NCBI GenBank assembly: GCA_964035545.1
Contig: OZ037768.1
Span: forward strand, 558,001 to 622,000
Length of the DNA stretch: 64,000 bases
Direction of reading: 5' to 3'
Source: Bugula neritina
Taxonomy: Eukaryota; Animalia; Bryozoa
Positions within the stretch are counted from its first letter, which is position 1. The number at the start of each line of letters is the position of its first letter. A program made the translations under genes and the position numbers. Of this stretch, positions 15,001 through 27,463 are shown one piece after another. Under the pieces are notes generated by a model. The model was not told the origin of the DNA. It saw only the letters and a program-made list of their open reading frames with translations, and did no database searches.

Positions 15001-18000
15001 CGAGTTGGATGGCGGCCATGCAAGGTTTGCTTTTTGACAGTGCCAAAAGTTTCGAGTTGCGAAATCTCTGAGTTAAGCAACCGTTCGTTATTCTTGGCTA
15101 CTACAATGCACGCGATACTCAAATCTTCTTCGATTGACCCTTCCTAATTCGCGCGAGGAGTTGGCAATTCTTTTCACCGTGGTAACCATAGTCCGTCGTA
15201 ATCAGCAAGCACCGCCAACTATGACCAGGGTCAATTCTCCTCTGTAACTGTGGAAATTATCACTACTGTCCCTCAGTGGCTTGTGAATTGTTCATTTTCT
15301 CTCATGTGAGTCAGAAAAAAGATAAATGCCAGGGAATGATGTATTATGTAACATAATAAATAAATTATCTTGGCAACAGCTTACTTTATCAAAACTAAGA
15401 AAATTCGATTATAGAGGTTGTTGATGTTTTGCCAAATTACTGTAATCGTAGCAAGCAGCGTGTAGAGTTCAGATGGTAATACATTTTGCAAAGCATTTTT
15501 CCTAATTTAAGGCTATTCTTGAATGTGTTATTCACTTTTAGTTACGGTGGAATGTACTACTTTTGCCTCGAAAATATGAACTGATTTGATTGATGGAAGT
15601 TAACTTCGGACACTAAATGTATTGTAAAGTAATTACATTGCACACAACTCCATCCCAAACTAATAAATATTCATAACTTTCAGAATAAAAACTGAAGTAG
15701 GAACAGATGATCTCAAGCTACTTCCGTGCATTAGTATTCTAATCCACAAAGCATCTAGGAGGAAATCTATTGACACTTGTATTCTATTAAATATAATGAT
15801 TACACTGTCACAGTGAAATAATTGTCTTCAATGCTTTGATCATGTTTAGTTTCCTTAAAATGTTTCAACAAAAAAAACAGTATTAGGTGCACCCAGTTTG
15901 ATATATTCATTAATGTATACCGCATACAGCTTATCTTCTGGGTGTAAAGACTCACTGCTATTTCCACTCTCAACAAATAGTCATGATTTTAGACTAGTAA
16001 ACTTAATTAAATGTCTGAGATGGCGGCTAGATCTGGAAGACCCCTTGATTCTTCGGTGTAGGCTAGTTAGAAGCTGTAAGCTAACACCCATTGAACTCTA
16101 GCCGCATATATGTTTGCACCAATGTCCAACAGAAAAGTGTACCAATCTCTATTATCTGCTCACCTACTTTTTGCTCAAACATTGCACTTAATCACCTCCT
16201 ATAGTTGTTAAAACAAAGACAAGTTAAACTAAAATTCTACGAAAATTTACACTTAAATATTCTGTTTAAATACAAGTGATTAATCAATTTGAACCTAATT
16301 ATGCATACATCTACTGATTATATAATAGTCAATGAATGGTGAGCTGAATCTCGCCCTGTTGTAATCACTTCTGTTAATATATTCTTGTCATCTCTTGCTG
16401 CTAGCCGTGCTAAGAAATACCCTCTGCTTGGAATGGTCTTGGTTGCACGAGTAGTTATTGGTTTTGTTATGCTAGTAATATTATGTTTAATTTTGAAATT
16501 TGCTGGAAGTAATTTATTACTTTTTGTTGTAAAATCTATCAAAAACCTGTAGTTCGTTGGCCAATAAAATGATGCCTTACACTATATTCTTGCTTTTAAA
16601 ATAACAGTCCTCTATCAGGGGTGGGTGCAAATATTTGGGGAAAGTATGTTTCTGTAATAGAGCGAAGTAATTTTTCACTCTGCATTGACCATTGGAGTGC
16701 TGCTTTAGACAGAGAGGACCTCCTCATAAACTCAATGAAGTCAATTAAAAGCTAAAGTTATACAAATGTTGAAGATTTGCTGTAAGCGTTATTAAGGGGT
16801 TTAGCGTGGAGAGATGGAGGAAGCTTGGAAGGGTGAATGATGACTCACTAAAACACCCCTATGTGTTTTGTGTAAACTGAAGCTAACGCCAAGTTTATCT
16901 GTGTCCTGGGAATACGTATATCACGTAGTCTCTTCACACAACACACAGTAGGGACACACTATGCTGATGTTATATCAAATATGAACGACAGTTTTAAAGT
17001 CCATCTGGGATATAGTTCACAATTTTTCCAATTATGAGAAATGGTAAAATATTTGATTGCTTCACTCTACACACATGCACAATTTTCTGGGTGTCATTTA
17101 TGCAAATCATTTATCAATATCTACAGCTGGAGCAGGATTTGCACTATTATGCAAATGTTGGAGAGTTTTATGATATTTTGTAAAAAAAGGTAGTTTTTGT
17201 AGCCTATTTTTTGCATACATACTTCATAACTGTGTGGTGTGCAAGAAACAGCGACTCTCATTCTAGTGCTCAGTAATCCAATGCATGGGGGAAGGGAAGG
17301 GGTAGCGGCAGCCAAATCAGGGGGAGGCTGTGACAAGAATAGTCGGGTGTCCTAAAATTTGGGCTACTTTATGTTGTGTGCAACTATCAGTTTATTAGAT
17401 TTTTTTAACACGACTCTAGTGTGTCCGCTGCTTTTCTGTCATCTTTCTAGGTCAGAGGTGTCACTTTATATACAGTCTAATGACTCATCTTTTTAGGTCA
17501 GAGGTGTCACTATATAATATACAGTCTAATGACTCATCTTTCTAGGTCAGGGGTGTCACTCTATATACACTAATGACTCATCTTTCTAGGTCAGGAGTGT
17601 CACTCTATATATAGGCTAATGACTCATCTTTCTAGGTCAGGGGTGTCACTCTATATACAGGCTAATGACTCATCTTTCTAGGTCAGGGGTGTCACTATAT
17701 GTACAGTCTAATGACTCATCTTTCTAGGTCAGGGGTGTCACTATATACAGTCTAATGACTCATCTTTCTAGGTCGGGGGTGTCACTATATGTACAGTCTA
17801 ATGACTCATCTTTCTAGGTCGGGGGTGTCACTATATACAGTCTAATGACTCATCTTTCTAGGTCAGGGGTGTCTCACACAACTCTTCACTGGCCCAAACC
17901 CTATGAAAGGCAGAAACGCGTTTGATGACTTTGGGTTTAGCAAGGCGCTGACTAAATCACGCATGAAGCTGTTTCCTCTCAACGAGTTGCATAAACTGAG

Positions 18001-21000
18001 TGTGTTTCGTACGACACCGCCGGCAGCAGAGGAAGTCACGTCACCAGCAGCGGAGGAACTCACGTCACCAGCAGCGGAGGAAGTCACATCACCGACAGCG
18101 GAGGAAGTCACGTCACCAGCAGCGGAGGAAGTCACGTCACCAGCAGCAGAGGAACTCACATCACCGACAGCGGAGGAAGTCACGTCACCAGCAGCGGAGG
18201 AAGGCGGGCAGGTGAAATGTTAAGAAAGTACTTAGTTGCTCAATGTTGGAAGTTAATTGTTGACGTAGATAATTACATGAAGGCTGGCATCGCATAGTTA
18301 GGAATAGTGTTAGACTCTGTTTAGCTGTACATGTTGGCATTACATGAGTTCATTGCTCCTTCACTACACGAAGACAGCTTTATTCACATCCTACAGTTTC
18401 CTATTGTCTTGTTTGCTTCAACTACAGACCTTTTTAGTTGTTCAGTATTTGAGTCTATAGTAAAATACTCGGAGTAAACACCAACACACACCAACACACA
18501 CCAACACACACCAACACACACCAACACACACCAACACACACCAACAAATTCATTATTATAGTTATTCTATAAAATGGTGAAATGGATTCATTCATAGTTA
18601 TTTTTTCAATATAAAATGCTTTTTTCACTTGGGAACCCACCAGCCCTCATTTTCCAAGTCTCCAAGTCTTTTATAAAGTAATCAACAAAATAAAAAGTTT
18701 TCAGAGGAACTCCTGGTCATATAAAACTAGATTAGATATATTATTTACCATATTTTGGCAGTTCTCAGTCACTTTTCTGTATTTCATAATTACTAATATC
18801 GAGTACCATATGCGGCTCCCTGACACACTGCGCTCTGTTTTCATTATATATATATATTGTTTACGGTGCAGGATGTACCTAGTGGGGAGACTGCCAAGAG
18901 AGTCAGGTTGGCTGAGCCAACAGAGGCAGCATCTGCAATAACTGGCTCTTCACACGACAGCAAATCAAAGGATTCACAAGGGTCACGTGACTCCGAATGT
19001 CAGTCAGCGGGTGACAAAAGACCTGCCTCAGACGAAAGAGAGCTTCCCGTGCATTTAGTAGAACGTCGTGCGGCTCAGAAGTATATAGAGAGCACAAGTT
19101 TTGACACGTATGTGCAATTTCTCTATTTTTTGCCCTTTAGCATTCCTCTCTTTTTTCAAGGTGTTGTCACTCATTAGAAGTGTAAAACTTTGATTTTTTG
19201 TATTCACTCATACAATTTAATCTCTATATTATGCAATACACTCTCTATACTATACTATATACTCTCTATACTATATACTCTCTATACTATACTATATACT
19301 CTCTATACTATACTATATACTCTCTATACTATATACTCTCAATACTATACTATATACTCTATATACTATATACTCTCTATACTATATACTCTCAATACTA
19401 TACTATATACTCTATATACTATATACTCTCTATACTATACTATATACTCTATACTATACTATATACTCTCTATACTATACTATATACTCTCTATACTATA
19501 CTATATACTCTCTATACTATACTATATACTCTCTATACTATACTATATACTCTCTATACTATACTATATACTCTCTATACTATACTATATACTCTCTATC
19601 TCTATACTATATACTCTCTATACTATATACTCTCTATACTATACTATATACTCTCTATACTATACTATATACTCTCTATACTATACTATATACTCTCTAT
19701 ACTATACTATATACTCTCTATACTATACTATATACTCTCTATACTATACTATATACTCTCTATACTATACTATATACTCTCTATACTATACTATATACTC
19801 TCTATACTATATACTCTATACTCTCTATACTATACTATATACTCTCTATACTATACTATATACTCTCTATACTATACTATATACTCTCTATACTATACTA
19901 TATACTCTCTATACTATACTATATACTCTCTATATTATGCAATATACTCTCTATACTATACTATATACTCTATACTATACTATATACTCTCTATACTATA
20001 CTATATACTCTCTATACTATACTATATACTCTCTATACTATACTATATACTCTCTATACTATACTATATACTCTCTATACTATACTATATACTCTCTATA
20101 CTATACTATATACTCTCTATACTATACTATATACTCTCTATACTATACTATATACTCTCTATACTATACTATATACTCTCTATACTATACTATATACTCT
20201 CTATACTATACTATATACTCTCTATACTATACTATATACTCTCTATACTATATACTCTATACTCTCTATACTATACTATATACTCTCTATACTATACTAT
20301 ATACTCTCTATATTTCTATACAGATTGATTGTGGCCATCAAGGCCCAGCCGACTCAAGTGGTCTTACGACTCCTCAGTCTATTGCAGCTGTCAAGGCCGT
20401 TTGTAGTTTTCCACCAGTACAAAGAACCTTTAGTGGAGTTGTTTGTTCAACTGAAGGAGAGAGGCGGAATTGTAAACCTAAGGCTAACGGAGTCGTGGTT
20501 CAGGACTATACAGGTAGTCTTTTAGCAGAATTTAGCCTCGAATAGTTTTACTTGGGCTAAAAATTAGTTTAGGCGTCGCGTGTATGTTTTAAAATCTTAT
20601 TATGTGTTACTGACATCAACATAATCTGTACCCTAATGATAACAATTATTTATACTAAATTAGATTACAGTAACAACAACAATAGTTATAGTGTGATTAA
20701 AATAATCATAAATTTATGTCTTTAGTTTTATAATATTTCAAAACTGTTTAGTTTTTGGCCCTGAAATGAAACAGTTTTAAATGCAATATAACAACTATTT
20801 TTACAGTAATGTACCAATACTTATGTTATAATATTAACAATACTTATGTTATAATATTAACAATACTTATGTTATAACAATATTAGCAACGCTTATGCTA
20901 GCATTACTGGGGTTACAACACTGAAGGTAAATCACAAATTCCTACATTTGGCACTATTCCAAGTCATTGTACAGGTACCGTTGAGGACAACACTGGTTCC

Positions 21001-23260
21001 AATTTGCTGTAAACAAATGCTATGAAGGATTATTTCTCATTTGTTGAAATATCAAGATTAGAGAATTTCACAAGACCACATATCATGAGACATTTGAGCT
21101 AATCAGTTGTTATGATGTGAGAATGCTGAAGGTGATTTATTCCCCTACTGCTACGTAGAGAGTCAACTCAAGTTAGGTCACTCGATAATTCAGTGTAACT
21201 CTTCATAATGTTTCCTGCCATCCTCTAAGAATTTAATCTCTTCAGCCATCCTTACAGTGTGTGCCGTGCTTATGCATCATGTCCTCTCCCAGTTTCTGTA
21301 TACGTGCTACGTTTTAGGTTATCTCAGTATTGACAGTTTTAGTGGTTGGTGTGCCAAGTTTCATGTCAGGATTGAAAGATATTACCTGTAAACACTTGCT
21401 CTCTTGAGCTCCTACTTTAATATTACATGTAAACACTTGCTCTCTTGAGCTTGCTACTTTGATATTACCTGTTAACACTGGCTCTCTTGAGCTCTTACTT
21501 TGATATTACCTGTGTACACTGACTCTCTTGAGCTCCTACTTTGATATTACCTGTGTACACTGGCTCTCTTGAGCTGCTACTTTGATATTACCTGTGTACA
21601 CTGGCTCTCTTGAGCTGCTACTTTGATATTACCTGTGTACACTGACTCTCTTGAGCTCCTACTTTGATATTACCTGTGTACACTGGCTCTCTTGAGCTGC
21701 TACTTTGATATTACCTGTTAACACTTGCTCTCTTGAGCTTGCTACTTTGATATTACCTGTTAACACTGGCTCTCTTGAGCTCTTACTTTGATAGACTGAG
21801 TGCAGCTGATTCTGTTAGATCAATCAACTTAGGTTATACTTTTTGTGACTTTTTCTTTATAAATGTTAGTTGCTGCTCTATGCTTTATTGTCATTGGTTA
21901 CTTTGAAATTTGCAAGGCATCAAAAAGTCTTTTTTTTGGTATTTAAAATCTACAACCTCTAATTTCTGTTCATTAAAATCTTTTCTAAGACTAAAAATTA
22001 TTTATGAAGATTCCCACGTTCATTTACTAAGTTTTCAGCGTAGGAGTTCCCATTCTTGGAGTGGCGGTTTAAGAATAGTATTTGGCTCTAGCTCCTCTCC
22101 ATCTTGAACTCTCTAATCACGTAATTAAGTGGTTGATCAGGATATCATACCAAAATATCTACGCAATCAGTTTTTTTATGAAAATATATATCAAATGCAG
22201 TGAAATATCAGGACTATTTGGTTTATTCAATTAGTAATAGCTATGAACGCATAAGAAAGGAAGCTATGGGATATTTTTAACCCACCCACATTTCATCTGG
22301 CTCCACATTTAAACATGGATATGTTCACAAACAAGAAATTTCCTCTCACATGCGAATGGATGCTTTCATACGGATACACTTGTGGTTGGGTTTACATGAA
22401 CTTACGGTTGGGGTTTCATTTGATGCAACTGTTTGCAAACATGGAATGAAAAATCCTTTAGAATAATACAAGCAGCTTGGCAGAGTTTTACTCTTGTGTT
22501 AAGATATTAATATTGGCACTGTGTTGACCTCTGACCTATTGCTAATACTGCATGGTTATTGGCTTCAGACCGGACACCTAATATTCACACCATAATATCT
22601 AGCCCCCACCAGCTTGCCTATTCCTTCCTCCCTAATAGGTTCTTGACGCAAGTCTAGTTGAGCAAATTGGGTGATAAATTAGGCGGAGACATTGAACAGG
22701 ATATGGATTTTGAAATTGAGATATTCATAAAATCTCATATGAAATGCACTCATGAAACATGATTGCTAATGTACCAGGTCCAATTGACCTGACATGCATG
22801 TAATCATGCTAACATCAGAAAAACAGCTCAAGTGTGCTGAAGCAATTTCTTCAGAAGTATTTTAATGACCAAGTTGAGCTGGTCAAATTTTACACCTAAT
22901 AGCCTTGAACTGAGTGACTTATGGATAAATATATTTTCCAAGTCAACTAATTTCGTGGAAAGATATTGCAATAGATCCAAGTCAGATTATTTAATTGTTT
23001 TTGTATTTTTATAACCACATTGTTTTTAATTTTTGTGTAAAGATTAGATCGGTATAGTGATTCCTTTTAATACTAAACAGCAAATTAATACACTTAACAC
23101 GACACACACAGACACACAGGGCCAGTAAATAGCATTAGTTCCAGACTTGTGTTTCTTGTAGGTTCTTCCCGAGAGGACCCACCCTGGCGTCATGATGAGT
23201 GGGACCAGTGGCTACATCCTCACGGGCACTCTGGTACAGCTGCCTCCCAGCAATGGATAA
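9045..23260 (+). CDS. TRMT6: tRNA (adenine(58)-N1)-methyltransferase non-catalytic subunit TRM6 (Gcd10 family), about 501 aa, 10 exons
   Basis: Exons 9045-9121, 11503-11633, 12086-12207, 12623-12714, 13852-13935, 14191-14315, 17862-18211, 18872-19107, 20324-20513, 23162-23260 (1506 nt, GT-AG, phases consistent). Motifs IEDGDFIVL, FYLDNIFGKPYG, DNRNL, NSSTFNQKTKFSQEKWIKKKKK, LRGDSLAQIL, SRPFVVFHQYKEPL, NLRLTESWFRTIQVLPERTHP, SGYILTG. Confidence 0.93.
11978..12078. repeat. 19-bp tandem repeat abutting the TRMT6 exon 3 acceptor
   Basis: TATTGATATAATATTGATC, about 5 copies. Confidence 0.9.
12536..12635 (+). repeat. 33-bp x3 tandem repeat containing the TRMT6 exon 4 acceptor
   Basis: CTCTCTCTGTTGTAG|GAGGTAATGAGTGA, with AG ending at 12556, 12589 and 12622. 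Confidence 0.93.
13619..13685. repeat. 15-bp GC-rich tandem repeat (GGYCAACTCCCGCYT), 4-5 copies
   Basis: Direct reading. May be part of a decayed transposon end. Confidence 0.8.
17439..17873 (+). repeat. 44-49-bp x10 minisatellite containing the TRMT6 exon 7 acceptor
   Basis: Unit CTAATGACTCATCTTTCTAG|GTCAGGGGTGTCACTATATACAGT. AG ends at 17450, 17496, 17545, 17589, 17635, 17681, 17727, 17771, 17817 and 17861. Confidence 0.95.
18014..18205 (+). repeat. 24-bp x8 coding minisatellite (TSPAAEEV) inside TRMT6 exon 7
   Basis: In frame with the flanking TRM6 sequence; ends about 6 nt before the donor at 18212. Confidence 0.9.
18478..18546. repeat. 10-bp repeat (ACACCAACAC)n
   Basis: About 7 copies. 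Confidence 0.9.
19220..20312. repeat. 21-bp minisatellite (CTATACTATACTATATACTCT) filling most of TRMT6 intron 8 up to the acceptor
   Basis: About 1.1 kb, almost G-free on the sense strand. Source of the spurious 451-aa and 376-aa ORFs. Confidence 0.96.
21378..21793. repeat. 41-bp minisatellite, about 10 copies, mid-intron (TRMT6 intron 9)
   Basis: GATATTACCTGTGTACACTGGCTCTCTTGAGCTGCTACTTT. Confidence 0.94.
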
Positions 23261-23571
23261 AGGAAGTCCAAGTAGCACCACAAACCATCTACTAGTCTTC
23301 TTTCTGTTTTATAAAACTCATTTCCAGTAACTTTCTTTCCCTAATCATTAACAATGATTTATATCTATAAGGCAGTCTGTAACTTTTTGAGTAATTTTCA
23401 CTGTAAATTGTTAAGAATATATTGAATTTGATTTTGTACACTTATTTTTATTGATAATTGCCAGACACAATATTGATTTAAAATGAATATTACTCGAATA
23501 TCATACCAGCTAAAATGAACTAAAAGGATGCGCTAAAACTCTCATGTCTACAGCTACAGTACATTATAATG

Positions 23572-24330
23572 ATATAATACACCATACAGCAGTAATACAC
23601 TATACAGTAGTAATACACTATACAGTAGTAATACACCATACAGTAGTAATATACCATACAGTAGTAATATACCATACAGTAGTAATATACTATACAGTAG
23701 TAATACACCATACAGTAGTAATATACTATACAGTAGTAATACACTATACAGTAGTAATATACTACACAGCAGTAATACACTATACAGTAGTAATACAGTA
23801 GTAATACATCATACAGTAGTAATATACTATACAGTAGTAATACACCATACAGTAGTAATACACTATACAGTGGTAATACACTATACAGTAGTAATATACT
23901 ATACAATAGTAATATACTATACAGTAGTAATACACCATACAGTAGTAATACACTATACAGTAGTAATACATCATACAGTAGTAATACATCATACAGTAGT
24001 AATACACTATACAGTAGTAATACACTATACAGTAGTAATACATCATACAGTAGTAATACACTATACAGTAGTAATACACTCTACAGTAGTAATATACTAT
24101 ACAGTAGTAATACACTATACAGTAGTAATATACTATACAGTAGTAATACACTATACAGTAGTAATACATCATACAGTAGTAATACACTATACAGTAGTAA
24201 TACACTATACAGTAGTAATGTACTATACAGTAGTAATACACTATACAGTAGTAATACACTCTACAGTAGTAATATACTATACAGTAGTAATATACTATAC
24301 AATAGTAATATACCATACAGTAGTAATACA
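23572..24330. repeat. 18-bp minisatellite (ATACACTATACAGTAGTA), about 42 copies, downstream of TRMT6
   Basis: Direct reading. Confidence 0.95.
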
Positions 24331-25609
24331 ATTATATAGCTTTAGAAGTGTACTATGAGAAATCACAGCCCTGTGGTTGTTTAATTCCACACAGTTATTG
24401 TATTTCTTTAATACTTGAGTCTAGTGTTGAGGCAGTAATACGCATTGCATAAGTTCCTTTTTTGTAACAATGAATAAACTTGGCTGTAAATTATGCCATT
24501 TTACAAACATGAATATGTAAATTGACTTCAACGTATGTAGTTATACATAATTGGCAACTGCACAGTTGGAAGTTTCATTCACAACATCCTTTTCTCTGCT
24601 GGTTATTCCAACAATCACAATGTAATCAATTTTATAAAAAATTACTATTTATCATTTTGGCATCTGATTTGCATCCAAATAAATTGGATGGTGTATAGAA
24701 TGTCGACAATTTACAAATTATACAATTTTTCAGTGGGTGGCAAGTGACGCTGGATCTCCTCTCCTAACACCTCTTGACCCAAGATGTTAAAATATTTTTT
24801 TGTTTTAATCGCCTTAAGAATGTTGATAGAATGCTAATTTATACAATTATTCCTAATACCATACTCCGTACATTGTTGAAAATATTTCTCGCTGGATGAA
24901 GTCTCCAACTGAGTAGCTGTGTGGTGTGAATATCTGCTAATAGATGGTACCTCGAGATCCACTGTGCCATTCTATCTTATATAGTCCTATTCCTTAACTT
25001 CACAAGAAGTTTGACTATATATTGTGTGCGTTTTGTTTTTGTTATGCTTCTATAAATATAAGGACTTTTTATAACCCTGCTTACGTAATTCGTATATTTA
25101 GAGCTCATCATGGAAAGCAAATAGCCCACCATCTTCTGTGTTTATTCAGACACACAATATAAGTCTATGTAAATAGCACCCTCATCTCTGTCTATATTAT
25201 TTCGCTCACAAAAAGCAATTGAACAAATATTTCAAGGCCTATAATTTCTAAGATCAGGAAATTTACAAAATTATCCAGTTACTAGTTTTAATTACAATCA
25301 AAGAATTGTTTAGGGAAGTATAAATGGTATGCGATGTGAGTTTGTATGTTGCTGCTATAATCCTGTTTCCACAACCATATTATAAAGAATGCTATACATT
25401 AGCCAAACTGGTACATGGCACGAAAGCAGGCAGAGATCTAAAATAAGGCAGCCTAAAAAAATCAGATTTTATTTATTTAAAATTGAAGTATTGACTCTGG
25501 TATATATTCATACTATAACTATAACTCCACCTTTCTCTTGTGTCATACATACAGTTTGACTTACCGCTTAAAAGATGGATACAAAAGTATCTAAAATATA
25601 CCAACATAC

Positions 25610-25775
25610 AATATGTACTACTGTATGTTATACTGTATGTTGTACTGTATATTATACTGTGCGTTACACTGTATATGTTATACTGTATAATGTTATACTG
25701 TATAATGTTATACTGTATAATGTTATACTGTATATAATGTTATACTGTATGCTGCACTGTATAATGTTGCACTGT
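25610..25775. repeat. Degenerate 12-15-bp repeat (TGTTATACTGTATAA)
   Basis: Direct reading. Confidence 0.8.
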
Positions 25776-27463
25776 GTGTTTTATCTGGTACGTAGTCTTT
25801 TATCAATTGCTGTAACAAATTCTCAGCTTGTCTACTGAATGGCATGAGAAGAAAAACACAGAAATGTTTTCAGTTTCTACTGATTCTACTCACTCCCTCC
25901 CAGACAAATCTCTTTTCTATAAAACACACTATTGAACTGTTCACAATATAGTAAGATAAATAAATTAAGTCAATATATTATTAAAAATAAATGCATGTTA
26001 GAATTTTTAATTTTTGATAATAAATGTTTTATTTCATAATGTTTATGATAATTACAAGATTACGAAATACAAAGAGCCAATATTTTGGCTGTAACTGCGA
26101 TAAGAAAAAAGTAGAGCTCTGAAAGTGAACAATATACATAGGTCTATAAAACATGATATGAAAGCCTCTCCACATTTCAGCAAAACAAGGCAGTTCTACC
26201 ACATCTTCACTGATTTTCGTAACACGAAATTTTTTATACCTTCCAAAAACATTCAAGTTTTCAAAATACCTACTGAGTAGTCCAGCGAAGAAAAGAGGAA
26301 ACATCCTAACGAAGCTCACTACAGACATAAGTTAACAAGTGCCCTGGAGGTTCCCTCAACCTTCATCCCATTCTACTATCCAGATGGAGTTTCAAGCTCA
26401 TAGCCTCACCTAGTTTACTGGAATATTGCCAGATGTATTGGCTGTTCCACCAACTGCATGTTGTGTCAACTGTTTAAAAGTTGGTAGTATGGAGGTGGCG
26501 AGAGACATGCAAGTGCGGTGACACCAACACACTCGCATTCAGTCCGAGTTACACTCAGGTAATATTTAGAGTTAGATGAGTCACAGGGCTATAGGAGACT
26601 ACACACAACATATTTATCTACATGTATATATTAATTAGACTACATATTATAATATATATATTATTATATTATAGCAGTCGAATTCAAACTTACATGAGGC
26701 TCTTTATTTTCTTTACTTCTATTTATACAACTGCACATGAAAGAATTGACTGGGAATAGTAATGAGCAGAAGTATTAGAGTATAGTAATAGTAGTGAGTA
26801 GTAATAGTAGTGAGTATTAACAGTAGTATTCGTACAATAAGTAGTAACCAAAAGTAATATTCTCTATACACTGTGTATTATTCTGAAGAGTACTAAGTAT
26901 CCCAGCTCAGGCACTTTAAACATTAATCTCAGTTGACAATATTTCATGTGACAATGCATATTATTTGCTAAACTTGTTTTAAAATTCGAGCAATCTAAAA
27001 CTTTATCAGCTGTTTTCATAGACTGCATAACTTGTAGGAGTAGAGCAGATGTTGTGGGGGAGTGTAGAAGTAGATGTTGTGCAGGAACCAAGTAATAGAA
27101 ACTCAAGCTAAACAAGATTAATTTATTTACAACTTCACAAATCCTAGACAATTGATTGAACATTTACAAAAAATTTCAACGATTTTACAAAAATAAATCA
27201 GAAAACTATATTATGATATATAAGTTAGGAGTTGAATAGAGATTACTAGAAGTCAAATGACACGCCTTCTTTAATTATACCTGCACTAAATGTCTGGAGG
27301 AATGCATTTCCACTTGTGTTAGAAAAATGCACACATTACAATATAGAGTAGTGAGGAATACATAAATCATGATATAGAGCAATACTTGAACAAGTGAAGG
27401 TAGTAGAGTTGGACAGAGCAGTACCCTGCTGCCTTATGCTGCCGTATGCTGCTGCTGCCGCCG

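Noticed and set aside
14830-15330. CpG-richer intronic blocks that may be decayed transposons (also about 10600-11000, 43590-43810, 47640-47900, 53730-54500)
   Set aside because: No convincing TIR/TSD pair or protein remnant seen; a repeat-library search is needed.
17863-18215. Antisense SSAAGDVT and alternative-frame Arg/Gln-rich ORFs
   Set aside because: Shadows of the TRMT6 coding minisatellite.
19190-20545. 451-aa and 376-aa Tyr/Ile/Leu-rich ORFs
   Set aside because: Stop-free translations of a nearly G-free 21-bp minisatellite inside TRMT6 intron 8.
23520-24358. Tyr/Cys-rich and VIHYTV ORFs on both strands
   Set aside because: Translations of an 18-bp minisatellite with no unique coding flanks.
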